A DNA stretch of 32,000 bases from Nostoc punctiforme PCC 73102 (GTDB lineage Bacteria > Cyanobacteriota > Cyanobacteriia > Cyanobacteriales > Nostocaceae): contig NC_010628.1 in NCBI RefSeq assembly GCF_000020025.1, forward strand, positions 3,480,001-3,512,000. Direction: 5' to 3'. Shown in pieces: positions 24,782 through 32,000 of this stretch. Both the position numbers and the translations under genes were made by a program. Below the pieces are notes generated by a model. It ran no database searches. It was given only the letters and a program-made list of their open reading frames with translations, and had not been told where the DNA came from. Each line of letters starts with the position of its first letter. Position 1 is the stretch's first letter.

Positions 24782-27412
24782 ATGGCTGAAGAACTTAATT
24801 TTAAAGGCGATGGTAGCGATCGCCTCCCCCCACAAAATATTGAGGCCGAAGAAGCGATTTTGGGGGGTATTTTGCTAGATCCAGAAGCGATTAGTCGAGT
24901 TAGCGATCGCCTCCTTCCCGAAGCTTTTTACATTAGCGCCCATAAAGATATTTATCAGGCAGCTGTGAGGCTCCACACCCAAGGTAAACCAACAGATTTG
25001 CTCTCAGTCACAAGTTGGCTAACTGACCATGAGATGCTTACCCGCATAGGCGGCAGAAATAAACTAGCAACTCTGGTAGACCGCACAGTCTCAGCCGTGA
25101 ACATCGATGCCCTCGCAGGGTTGGTGATGGAAAAATACCTGCGGCGGCAGTTAATTAAAGCTGGCAATGAAATTGTACATCTTGGTTACGAGACAGAAAC
25201 CGAGTTACCAACTGTTTTAGATCAGGCAGAACAGAAAGTATTCGGCGTAACCCAAGAGCGTCCACAGTCAGGTTTAATTCACATTTCTGATACTCTAATT
25301 AATAATTTCCAGGATATCGAGGATCGAAATCAAGGCATCGCCTTACCTGGTGTTCCCTGCGGATTTTACGATTTAGATGCCATGACCAGTGGCTTTCAAC
25401 GCTCTGATTTGATTATTGTCGCGGGCCGCCCATCAATGGGGAAAACCGCATTTTGCTTAAACCTTGCTCATAATATAGCTGCTTCTTATAAATTACCAGT
25501 TGCTTTTTTCAGCTTGGAAATGTCCAAAGAGCAATTGACACAACGTTTATTAGCCAGTGAAGCGCAAATTGAAAGTAGTTATCTGCGGACTGGTCGCCTC
25601 AGTCAAACACAATGGGAACCTTTAAGCCGTGCTATTGGTATCCTTTCCGAGATGCCAATTTATATTGACGACACGCCGAATATTACAGTTACACAAATGC
25701 GTAGTCAGGCAAGAAGGCTGCAAGCGGAAGTTGGAACTGAATTAGGATTAATTGTAATAGATTACTTGCAATTGATGGAAGGAGCAGGCGATAATCGCGT
25801 ACAAGAATTATCAAAAATTACGCGTCAACTCAAAGGTTTAGCGCGGGAATTATCTGTACCAGTTATTGCTTTATCTCAGTTAAGTCGAGGGGTGGAAGCG
25901 CGTACTAATAAGCGTCCGATGTTGTCAGATTTGAGAGAATCTGGTTGTTTAGCAGGCGATAGTCTGGTGACATTAGTAGATAGCGGACTGCAAGTGCCAA
26001 TTAAGGAATTAGTAGGTAAATCTGGTTTTGCAGTTTGGGCATTGAACGAAGCTACAATGCAGCTAGAAAAGGCAATTGTTAGCAATGCTTTTTCGACTGG
26101 TATAAAGCCTCTGTTTACTTTGACAACTCGATTGGGGCGGAAAATCCGTGCCACAGGTAATCACAAGTTTTTAACAATTAATGGCTGGAAAAGACTTGAT
26201 GAATTAACTCCTAAAGAACATCTCTGTTTACCAAGAAATCTCCCCAGTTCTGGTAAACAAACTATGACTTATGCCGAAGTTGCATTATTAGGGCATTTAA
26301 TTGGCGACGGTTGTACATTGCCACGTCATGCCATACAGTACACTACCAGAGAAATAGATTTAGCTCAGAATGTTGCTTTCTTGGCAACAGAAGTTTTTGG
26401 AGACTCAATTGTTCCTAGAATTTCACCTGAACGTGAGTGGTATCAAGTTTACTTATCCGCAGCACAGCATCTAACTCATAGTGTTAGAAATCCAATAGCC
26501 AAATGGCTAGACTCTCTGAATGTTTTTGGTTTAAGGTCTTACGAAAAATTTGTACCTCGAGAATTGTTCTCACAACCCAAAGAGTTAATAGCGTGCTTTC
26601 TAAGACACCTTTGGAGTACAGATGGTTGTATAAACTTAATTGCAGGAAAAAAGCCAAGACCTATTGCATTTTATGCAAGCAGTAGTGAGAGACTAGCTTT
26701 TGATGTACAGACACTTTTATTAAGGCTTGGTATTAATGCAACACTAAGGACAGTTCCTCAAGTTGGCAAAGGTAGAAACCAATATCATGTAATAATTACT
26801 GGTAAGCCCGATCTTCAGTTATTTATTGTTCATGTTGGAGCAGTAGGACAATATAAGCTACGTTCACTCCAAGATATTTTCCAACACCTTGAAAACAGTA
26901 TTCACAACCCTAATAGAGATATAATTCCGAAGGATATTTGGAAAATGGAGGTTGTACCTGCGATGCAAGCTATTGGCTTCACCACACGGATATTACAAGC
27001 CTCCATTGGAGTTTCGTATTGTGGCTCTACTCTTTACAAAGTAAATTTAAGTCGAGAAAGAGCTTTAAAAGTTGGCAACATTGTTCAATCATCTAAACTG
27101 GTTACTCTTGCCAAAAGTGATGTTTATTGGGATGAAATAGTTTCAATTGAATATAGTGGTGAGGAAGAAGTGTTTGACCTCACCGTTCCTGGTTTGCATA
27201 ATTTTGTTGCAAATAATATTATTGTTCACAATTCCATTGAACAAGACGCGGATTTAGTAATAATGTTGTATCGCGATGAATACTACTCTCCCGATACTCC
27301 CGATCGCGGCATTGCAGAAGTAATTATAGCTAAACACCGCAACGGGCCTACAGGGACAGCTAAACTTTTGTTTAATCCACAGTTTACAAAGTTTCAAAAT
27401 TTAAAAATTTAG
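24782..27412 (+). CDS. dnaB: Replicative DNA helicase DnaB, interrupted by an intein (876-aa precursor, 447-aa mature)
   Basis: N-terminal PPQNIEAEEAILGGILLD, Walker A GRPSMGKTAF, and VIDYLQLM. The extein junction RESG / SIEQDADLV is restored once the intein is removed. Confidence 0.95.
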   Translation: MAEELNFKGDGSDRLPPQNIEAEEAILGGILLDPEAISRVSDRLLPEAFYISAHKDIYQAAVRLHTQGKPTDLLSVTSWLTDHEMLTRIGGRNKLATLVDRTVSAVNIDALAGLVMEKYLRRQLIKAGNEIVHLGYETETELPTVLDQAEQKVFGVTQERPQSGLIHISDTLINNFQDIEDRNQGIALPGVPCGFYDLDAMTSGFQRSDLIIVAGRPSMGKTAFCLNLAHNIAASYKLPVAFFSLEMSKEQLTQRLLASEAQIESSYLRTGRLSQTQWEPLSRAIGILSEMPIYIDDTPNITVTQMRSQARRLQAEVGTELGLIVIDYLQLMEGAGDNRVQELSKITRQLKGLARELSVPVIALSQLSRGVEARTNKRPMLSDLRESGCLAGDSLVTLVDSGLQVPIKELVGKSGFAVWALNEATMQLEKAIVSNAFSTGIKPLFTLTTRLGRKIRATGNHKFLTINGWKRLDELTPKEHLCLPRNLPSSGKQTMTYAEVALLGHLIGDGCTLPRHAIQYTTREIDLAQNVAFLATEVFGDSIVPRISPEREWYQVYLSAAQHLTHSVRNPIAKWLDSLNVFGLRSYEKFVPRELFSQPKELIACFLRHLWSTDGCINLIAGKKPRPIAFYASSSERLAFDVQTLLLRLGINATLRTVPQVGKGRNQYHVIITGKPDLQLFIVHVGAVGQYKLRSLQDIFQHLENSIHNPNRDIIPKDIWKMEVVPAMQAIGFTTRILQASIGVSYCGSTLYKVNLSRERALKVGNIVQSSKLVTLAKSDVYWDEIVSIEYSGEEEVFDLTVPGLHNFVANNIIVHNSIEQDADLVIMLYRDEYYSPDTPDRGIAEVIIAKHRNGPTGTAKLLFNPQFTKFQNLKI
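25946..27232 (+). mobile_element. DnaB intein (429 aa) with a LAGLIDADG homing-endonuclease domain
   Basis: Block A CLAGDSLVTL (Cys1 at 25946), block B ATGNHKF, LAGLIDADG motifs LLGHLIGDGC and FLRHLWSTDGC, blocks F/G VFDLTV...NIIVHN, then Ser+1 (27233). In frame; 1287 nt. Confidence 0.92.
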
Positions 27413-27420
27413 CCGTTGAA

Positions 27421-27507
27421 TTGGGGACTGGGGATTGGGTACTGAGAAAAGCCAATGCCCCATACTTCGACTCCGCTCAGTACAAGTGCCCACTGCCCAA
27501 TGCCCCA
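27421..27507. terminator. Long hairpin of heptamer-like units between convergent dnaB and the FKBP gene (probable bidirectional terminator)
   Basis: The left arm ttggggactggggattgggtactgag (27421-27446) is largely complementary to the right arm ctcagtacaagtgcccactgcccaatgccccaa (27475-27507). Confidence 0.55.
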
Positions 27508-27511
27508 ATCT

Positions 27512-28033
27512 TTATTTAACTCCTAGCAATTCCACATCAAAAATTAGAGTTGCATTGGGTGGAATCACGCCACCAGCACCACGAGCGCCATAGCCTAACT
27601 CAGATGGGATGATTAACTTACGACGACCGCCTACTTTAATCGTGCTAACTCCCTCGTCCCAACCTTTGATTACCTGTCCTACACCAATTTTAAAGCTGAA
27701 GGGTTGGCCGCGATCGCGTGAACTATCAAACTTAGTACCATCTTCTAGAGTGCCGACATAGTGAACTTCAACCGTTTGTCCTGGTTGAGGAGTTGCCCCA
27801 GTCCCCTCTTTTAACTCCACATACTTCAATCCAGACGGAGTAGTTACGGCATTAGCGTCAGACATAGTATTACTCGCAATTAAGATATTGTTTTCAGTTA
27901 CAGTTGTGGCCGCTGGCGGCGTTTGGGTTAACTGGGCAGCAATGGCAGTATTCTGTTTACTGCCTACTTGCCCCACAGCCAAAAGCACAACACACACCAG
28001 CATGAACGCCACACTGAGGAAAATTGGTTTCAA
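27512..28033 (-). CDS. FKBP-type peptidyl-prolyl cis-trans isomerase, secreted or thylakoid-lumen type
   Basis: 173 aa. N-terminal signal/anchor, then [41 protein letters not shown]...[14 protein letters not shown]. Confidence 0.9.
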   Translation of the reverse strand: MKPIFLSVAFMLVCVVLLAVGQVGSKQNTAIAAQLTQTPPAATTVTENNILIASNTMSDANAVTTPSGLKYVELKEGTGATPQPGQTVEVHYVGTLEDGTKFDSSRDRGQPFSFKIGVGQVIKGWDEGVSTIKVGGRRKLIIPSELGYGARGAGGVIPPNATLIFDVELLGVK

Positions 28034-28111
28034 AATCAGTTCTCCTTACTTAAGTATCCTGGCAAAAAGATTACCAATAGGACACAATTAGTTTAAATCA
28101 GAAAGGACATC

Positions 28112-28435
28112 TTAACGCCAAAGCTTATTTTCCAAATCGCGCAATTGCCGCTCTAAACGGTCAATTCTACCCCGTAATTCGTCCACTTCCGACTGTCGAG
28201 CTACGCCTAAATCTTGCATCATATTTCGCATTTGTCGTTGCATTTGGACATCCCAGTTTCCCTGCTCCGACTTTAACTGCTGGGCAATATCATCTATAAC
28301 TGCCTTAGCTTGCTCAGGATTGAGCTTACCATCTTTAACCAAGTCATCGCTGACTTGGCGCAGTTTTTCTGCTACTAAAGACGTTGTGCCAAGACCCATC
28401 ATCATTAGCTGTTGTAACCAGTTGTTGTTATCCAT
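28112..28435 (-). CDS. Phasin-like coiled-coil protein (COG3937-type)
   Basis: 107 aa. LGTTSLVAEKLRQVSDDLVKDGKL...EVDELRGRIDRLERQLRDLE resembles the phasin / PHA-granule regulator family. Confidence 0.6.
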   Translation of the reverse strand: MDNNNWLQQLMMMGLGTTSLVAEKLRQVSDDLVKDGKLNPEQAKAVIDDIAQQLKSEQGNWDVQMQRQMRNMMQDLGVARQSEVDELRGRIDRLERQLRDLENKLWR

Positions 28436-28569
28436 ATTCCCTTCCTCTTACTTGTGTCAAAGCAGCTGACCCTTACTCCTGAGTGTAGGCAATGAAGCTA
28501 TGCGAAAAGCGTAGTTCTTCTAGCCTACATCTCTATTTTGGCAAATTAGCAAACACAGGATCGTAGGGT

Positions 28570-28785
28570 GTGATTATAAAACTACTCAAGTTTGAGATTG
28601 CCCCACATTTAAGGGAAAATTTTATCCATAAGGACACGCAAATTTGGACAACAGCGCTGGCTGAATATCCTGGCTTTCTAGGTAAAGAGGTCTGGATTCA
28701 ACCTCAACGATCCTACATAAGTTATACCGAACAGTCTCAATTAACCAAAACAAAGGGCAAAATCCCCTCGTTTGAAGGTAAGTAA
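28570..28785 (+). CDS. Small protein resembling the N-terminal half of the TIGR03792-like / dimeric alpha-beta-barrel family; possibly 3'-truncated
   Basis: 71 aa. The first ~45 aa (LKFEIAPHLRENFIHKDTQIWTTALAEYPGFLGKEVW) look conserved, whereas the tail is low-complexity and ends 18 nt before a MITE-like element. GTG start. Confidence 0.4.
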   Translation: MIIKLLKFEIAPHLRENFIHKDTQIWTTALAEYPGFLGKEVWIQPQRSYISYTEQSQLTKTKGKIPSFEGK

Positions 28786-28802
28786 AATTTCGTTACAGTC
28801 AC

Positions 28803-28930
28803 TAAGGAACTTCCAAATAAAACAATATTCAAAACTAACGCAAATAATTCTCTCTATCTCTTCTCCCTCTGTGTTCTCTGTGTCTCTGTGGTTGGTTTAT
28901 TTGGATAATTTATTTCTTGGAAGTCCCTTA
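28803..28930. mobile_element. MITE-like element with ~20-bp terminal inverted repeats
   Basis: The left end TAAGGAACTTCCAAATAAA (28803-28821) matches the reverse complement of the right end TTTATTTCTTGGAAGTCCCTTA (28909-28930) with one mismatch and a 2-nt indel. Inside it carries CTCTGTGTTCTCTGTGTCTCTGTGGTT, also found at 491-556. Confidence 0.55.
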
Positions 28931-28972
28931 ATGAAGTACAGCGTAAATTCAGCCACCATCCCAATTAACTAG

Positions 28973-29019
28973 ACAAGTAGGGGCAATACCCTGCGGGAAA
29001 CCGCTTTACCCCTACTTGT
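28973..29019. repeat. Strong nested hairpin repeat with a GAAA tetraloop
   Basis: The 11-bp outer stem ACAAGTAGGGG (28973-28983) pairs with CCCCTACTTGT (29009-29019). The inner stem GCGG-GAAA-CCGC spans 28993-29004. A related copy lies at 29931-29973. Confidence 0.7.
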
Positions 29020-29099
29020 TGAGGGTAGTTAAACTTTTGTCACAGTGATTAGTGAAGAGATCGCCCTAAAAAATTATCAGAATCTGACTTGAATTTTAG

Positions 29100-29510
29100 T
29101 TAAATTTGTGAACGCCATTTCTGAAAGGCAATCTCGTAATCCTCTGATTTACTCTGATAAACGCCCCACCAATGAAAAAATAATCCTAACCCCCATCCTA
29201 ATGCTGGGAAAATAGCCCAAAAATAACCAGGACTAGTGATTAAATTCAAGAGAATGAGGAATAAATTCACTGCCAAGAAGGAAACAAAATGCCCCCAAAA
29301 AGCTCTGCGTCGAAAAGTATTAAATGTGCGTCGTGACCGTTCCTCTTCTTGCTGAAATAACCACTTTCTTTCAGTTTTTTCCAAAATATCAGAAGAAATG
29401 CCTAATTCAGATGCCATTTCTATAAGCTGTTCTCGTGAAAATTCACCTTCCTGTTTCCGGGTGAGTGCTATTTCAAGGATTTTTTGCACATCTTCTGAAT
29501 CGTAAGTCAT
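29100..29510 (-). CDS. 2TM-domain membrane protein
   Basis: 136 aa. The C-terminal pair of TM helices, FWGHFVSFLAVNLFLILLNL...FWAIFPALGWGLGLFFHWWGVY, is typical of the 2TM domain. The N-terminal region is charged and helical. Confidence 0.65.
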   Translation of the reverse strand: MTYDSEDVQKILEIALTRKQEGEFSREQLIEMASELGISSDILEKTERKWLFQQEEERSRRTFNTFRRRAFWGHFVSFLAVNLFLILLNLITSPGYFWAIFPALGWGLGLFFHWWGVYQSKSEDYEIAFQKWRSQI

Positions 29511-29930
29511 TTTAACTACCTTATAAGTTTGTGTGTAAATGCGCTTTTGATTTCACGAAGTTTTCAATAGGCTTCGTTCAATTCAGTTAGCGAACGTCTC
29601 CACATTTTGCACCCAATACTTAGTGACATTCACAACCTTATTATTTTCTCACAACTGATTTAGGGCTGCTGTATTTGTCAATACCTCTATATTAGTTTTA
29701 TGACGTTAAGCCAAATATTATCTAAAATTTTAATGCTAGATTTGTCAGAAAATATTGACAATTATATATTGCGATTTTCGCTTTTTAATGGGATTTTTGA
29801 TATTAATTAAATATCACAATATCTACATAAATTTGGATTAAATAGACGCATAAGCTTGAGATAAGTAATTACAAATACTTGTCTTACCTTTTCAGAACTT
29901 ACGCAAAAAATAGCCAAAATTCTTATTTTA

Positions 29931-29973
29931 ACATAGGGGTGATACCCTGCGATAAGCCGCTTTGCATCTACAT
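29931..29973. repeat. Degenerate second copy of the 28973-29019 repeat
   Basis: AGGGGTGATACCCTGCGATAAGCCGCTTTGCATCT compared with AGGGGCAATACCCTGCGGGAAACCGCTTTACCCCT: about 26/35 identical by eye, and the outer stem is lost. Confidence 0.5.
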
Positions 29974-30153
29974 AAATTTCCCATACAACGTGGGTTTTTA
30001 CGTTTAAAAAATAGGGGTTCAGAATAAGGCTTAAGACTTAAACCCCTGATTAAGGGTTAATGCTTAAGCCTTAAGCCTTGTTATTTAAAATCTAAAATTG
30101 AGTGAGCAAGAATATATCTTCAATCAAGAACTGGAAGTATCACATTCGGCGAT

Positions 30154-31245
30154 TCAGAGATTTATGGAAGTGTAGATATCATCCGAGTTTGGATTTAGGT
30201 AAGGACGTTGCAATTCAATTTCCCATAATGAAAAATGCCGCAGAATTGCTGCTATCTTATCTGCTGGCGTATCATTTCCTAGATGCCAAGCTTCAAGCAA
30301 ACCATTAGCAACAATTTGGCATCGATGTGTACCAAAACTTTCATGATCGCCAAATTTACGGTCTGGTTCTTCAGCGATCGCTAACCCTGGTGCTATAAAC
30401 TTGGTAAATAAAGGTACTTGCTGCTGAAAATGCACTTGATTTTCTTTATATACCCTCTCTAAGACTGGACGAACAAGTTCATAATCCTTTTTGTCAAAAT
30501 AAAGAACTGCTGAGTCGTAACGCCCATAATCAGAAGGGTTGTACAATGCTTTAAATGAGAAGGCAATGGATATAGCATTGAGTTGGCTAGTCAAATCGTT
30601 CATGACTGCAACTGAGCCTTCGGGGGTCAAATTGAAGTAGACACGTACCAAAGTTTGATAATTTCGAGCCATAGCTGCATTAGCAATTGCCATATAAAAT
30701 CCGTTTTGCACCAGATTCTTAGGCATTTTGATTGCTATTGAGTCACCAATATTAGCAGCTTGTTGTAAGCTATCGGGTTCAACGTGCACCCTCAAACCGT
30801 TCTTATGCACCACCAAACTACCATCTAAGTCTTCTTTTAGAACCAGCCAATTATCATTCCAGTAGCCTACACCTCTGTTATTTTCATGCAAGCGATCGTA
30901 AAAAGCTATATCTACACCAAATAGTGTATTGTTTTCGATATCTTGGTTTAAAGCCAAATTTGCTGCTTCTTTATTGGATGACGGAAGACTTTTCAATGAG
31001 CCATTGTAGTATAAGGCGTAAAGTATACTACGTAATTGATGACTCAAAAACTTATTTTGAAAATCTAAAGATAATTGTTGAAAGTGAGAGACTATTGATT
31101 CTGGTACTTCCACCGGGCCAAACTCTGGATGTCTAATACAATGGTAAGACTGGATTTCAACCTTATGAACGATATCTCGTAGTGATGTCTGCAATGACTC
31201 TGGAATATCTGATATTTGATTTGCCAGCGAATCTAATAGTTGCAT
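30154..31245 (-). CDS. Conserved hypothetical protein, possibly HopA1-effector-family-like, co-transcribed with the upstream kinase
   Basis: Long ORF. Start set at ATG 31245 (MQLLDSLANQ...), which avoids a 47-nt overlap with the kinase gene; the ORF track extends to 31371. The HopA1-like guess rests on size, the kinase neighbour and remembered motif patterns (RVYFNL...FKALYNPSDYGRYDSAVLYF) and is not verified. Confidence 0.6.
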   Translation of the reverse strand: MQLLDSLANQISDIPESLQTSLRDIVHKVEIQSYHCIRHPEFGPVEVPESIVSHFQQLSLDFQNKFLSHQLRSILYALYYNGSLKSLPSSNKEAANLALNQDIENNTLFGVDIAFYDRLHENNRGVGYWNDNWLVLKEDLDGSLVVHKNGLRVHVEPDSLQQAANIGDSIAIKMPKNLVQNGFYMAIANAAMARNYQTLVRVYFNLTPEGSVAVMNDLTSQLNAISIAFSFKALYNPSDYGRYDSAVLYFDKKDYELVRPVLERVYKENQVHFQQQVPLFTKFIAPGLAIAEEPDRKFGDHESFGTHRCQIVANGLLEAWHLGNDTPADKIAAILRHFSLWEIELQRPYLNPNSDDIYTSINL

Positions 31246-31324
31246 AGAAACTTGCCTGTCAATAATGTGGAGAGATAGGGACAGACAAACAAAAAATGTT
31301 TGCGTCCCTTTGTTGACTTGGAAT

Positions 31325-32000
31325 TTATTTTGAAGCGGGAGATAAATTAATGGGAGAGAGGTCTGATGCATCTACACCAAAAATTGTTGGTATCGATGCT
31401 TCTGGACGGCATAATAAACTTTTAGCAACCTGGAGTATGCAAATACCTTTATTACCAAAAGTTTTTTCGTGCTGGAGTTTGGCTTGAATAGATTTAATCA
31501 AAGCGAAACCGCAAAACTGCATAACTCTCTGTAAAAAATCAGGATGAAGTTCTATAATTTCGGGGAAAGCAGAGAGGTAAGCAATCACCAACTCTCTAAT
31601 AGAAGGTTGCAGCAAATGTAGAGGAGTTGTTGCTAGACGTAAAGACTCTTGAATCGCCATTGTTTTACTGGTAATCATACTGTGTAGCCAAAGTTGTAGA
31701 TAGCTGGCTATCAGTGTTCCTAAATCACTAGCTGGATCTCCCCAAGCGCCACGTTCCCAATCAATCAATCGAATAATACTCTCATCTGAGGACGATTCAT
31801 TAAAAGCAGCTTCTTCCCAATTCAGGGAGAGGAGAATATTGTTTAGTTTCAGATCGTTATGGGTTAAACAACAGGGAATCAAGGCATTATTCAACTCTGC
31901 GATCGCCTGCCCTAGGCTATCATAACGTTGATAAAGAGACAAAAATTTTAGTCCATCGGTAGGTAACTTACCAAAAACTGCCGGGGAAACTCTATCCATT
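31325..32000 (-). CDS. Aminoglycoside-phosphotransferase/CotS-like protein kinase-fold enzyme (C-terminal part; N-terminus lies beyond the window)
   Basis: Catalytic loop THNDLKLNNILL and metal-binding IDWERGAWGDPASDLG (HxDxxxxN ... IDxE/D), typical of the APH/choline-kinase-like fold. The ORF is open to the window edge. Confidence 0.8.
   Translation of the reverse strand, partial: MDRVSPAVFGKLPTDGLKFLSLYQRYDSLGQAIAELNNALIPCCLTHNDLKLNNILLSLNWEEAAFNESSSDESIIRLIDWERGAWGDPASDLGTLIASYLQLWLHSMITSKTMAIQESLRLATTPLHLLQPSIRELVIAYLSAFPEIIELHPDFLQRVMQFCGFALIKSIQAKLQHEKTFGNKGICILQVAKSLLCRPEASIPTIFGVDASDLSPINLSPASK

Noticed and set aside
28772-28972. 66-aa ORF 28772..28972 (+).
   Set aside because: It reads straight through the MITE-like element and its repeat core, and the translation is low-complexity. 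It is more likely an artefact of the repeat.
29935-29990. An 18-codon minus-strand ORF (MGNLCRCKAAYRRVSPLC), a 21-codon minus-strand ORF (MSLSIGCKMWRRSLTELNEAY, about 29560-29625) and a 36-codon plus-strand ORF at 29700-29810, considered as possible lanthipeptide precursors downstream of the kinase/HopA1-like pair.
   Set aside because: None has a convincing ribosome-binding site. The first lies entirely within a dispersed repeat copy. The region is AT-rich enough for such ORFs to arise by chance, and none shows a leader/core organisation.

Overview
Chromosomal window from a filamentous Nostoc/Anabaena-type cyanobacterium. This is inferred from about 30 copies of the HIP1 palindrome GCGATCGC, many heptameric STRR-type tandem repeats, and gene content, including an intein-split dnaB. 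The flanks hold ordinary housekeeping genes: QueD/PTPS (partial), a Uma2 endonuclease, a PrsW protease, a SAM methyltransferase, mscL, a DUF3352-like protein, an M1 aminopeptidase with HEAT repeats, an ABC1 kinase, gloB, rplI, dnaB, an FKBP isomerase, a phasin-like protein and a 2TM protein. The centre (about 11.9-22.6 kb) is the most unusual part. It is a tightly coupled eight-gene minus-strand operon plus one convergent gene, encoding five GT8/GT-A-like DxD proteins (three are tandem paralogs), two GT4 enzymes, one GT10-like (fucosyltransferase-type) enzyme and one MsbA/PglK-type ABC half-transporter. That transporter carries a ~185-aa C-terminal tail made of two histidine-kinase DHp (HisKA)-like modules with no catalytic ATPase domain. 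The window contains no priming transferase, Wzx/Wzy, Wzm/Wzt or sugar-nucleotide genes. At the right edge, a partial APH-like kinase sits directly upstream of a conserved ~365-405-aa protein that may be HopA1-like. That pairing resembles the dehydration module of class V lanthipeptide clusters, but the call is tentative. Intergenic regions contain several small dispersed or hairpin repeat families. One STRR hairpin is inserted in frame inside the aminopeptidase gene. All functional calls come from reading motifs by eye; no searches were run.
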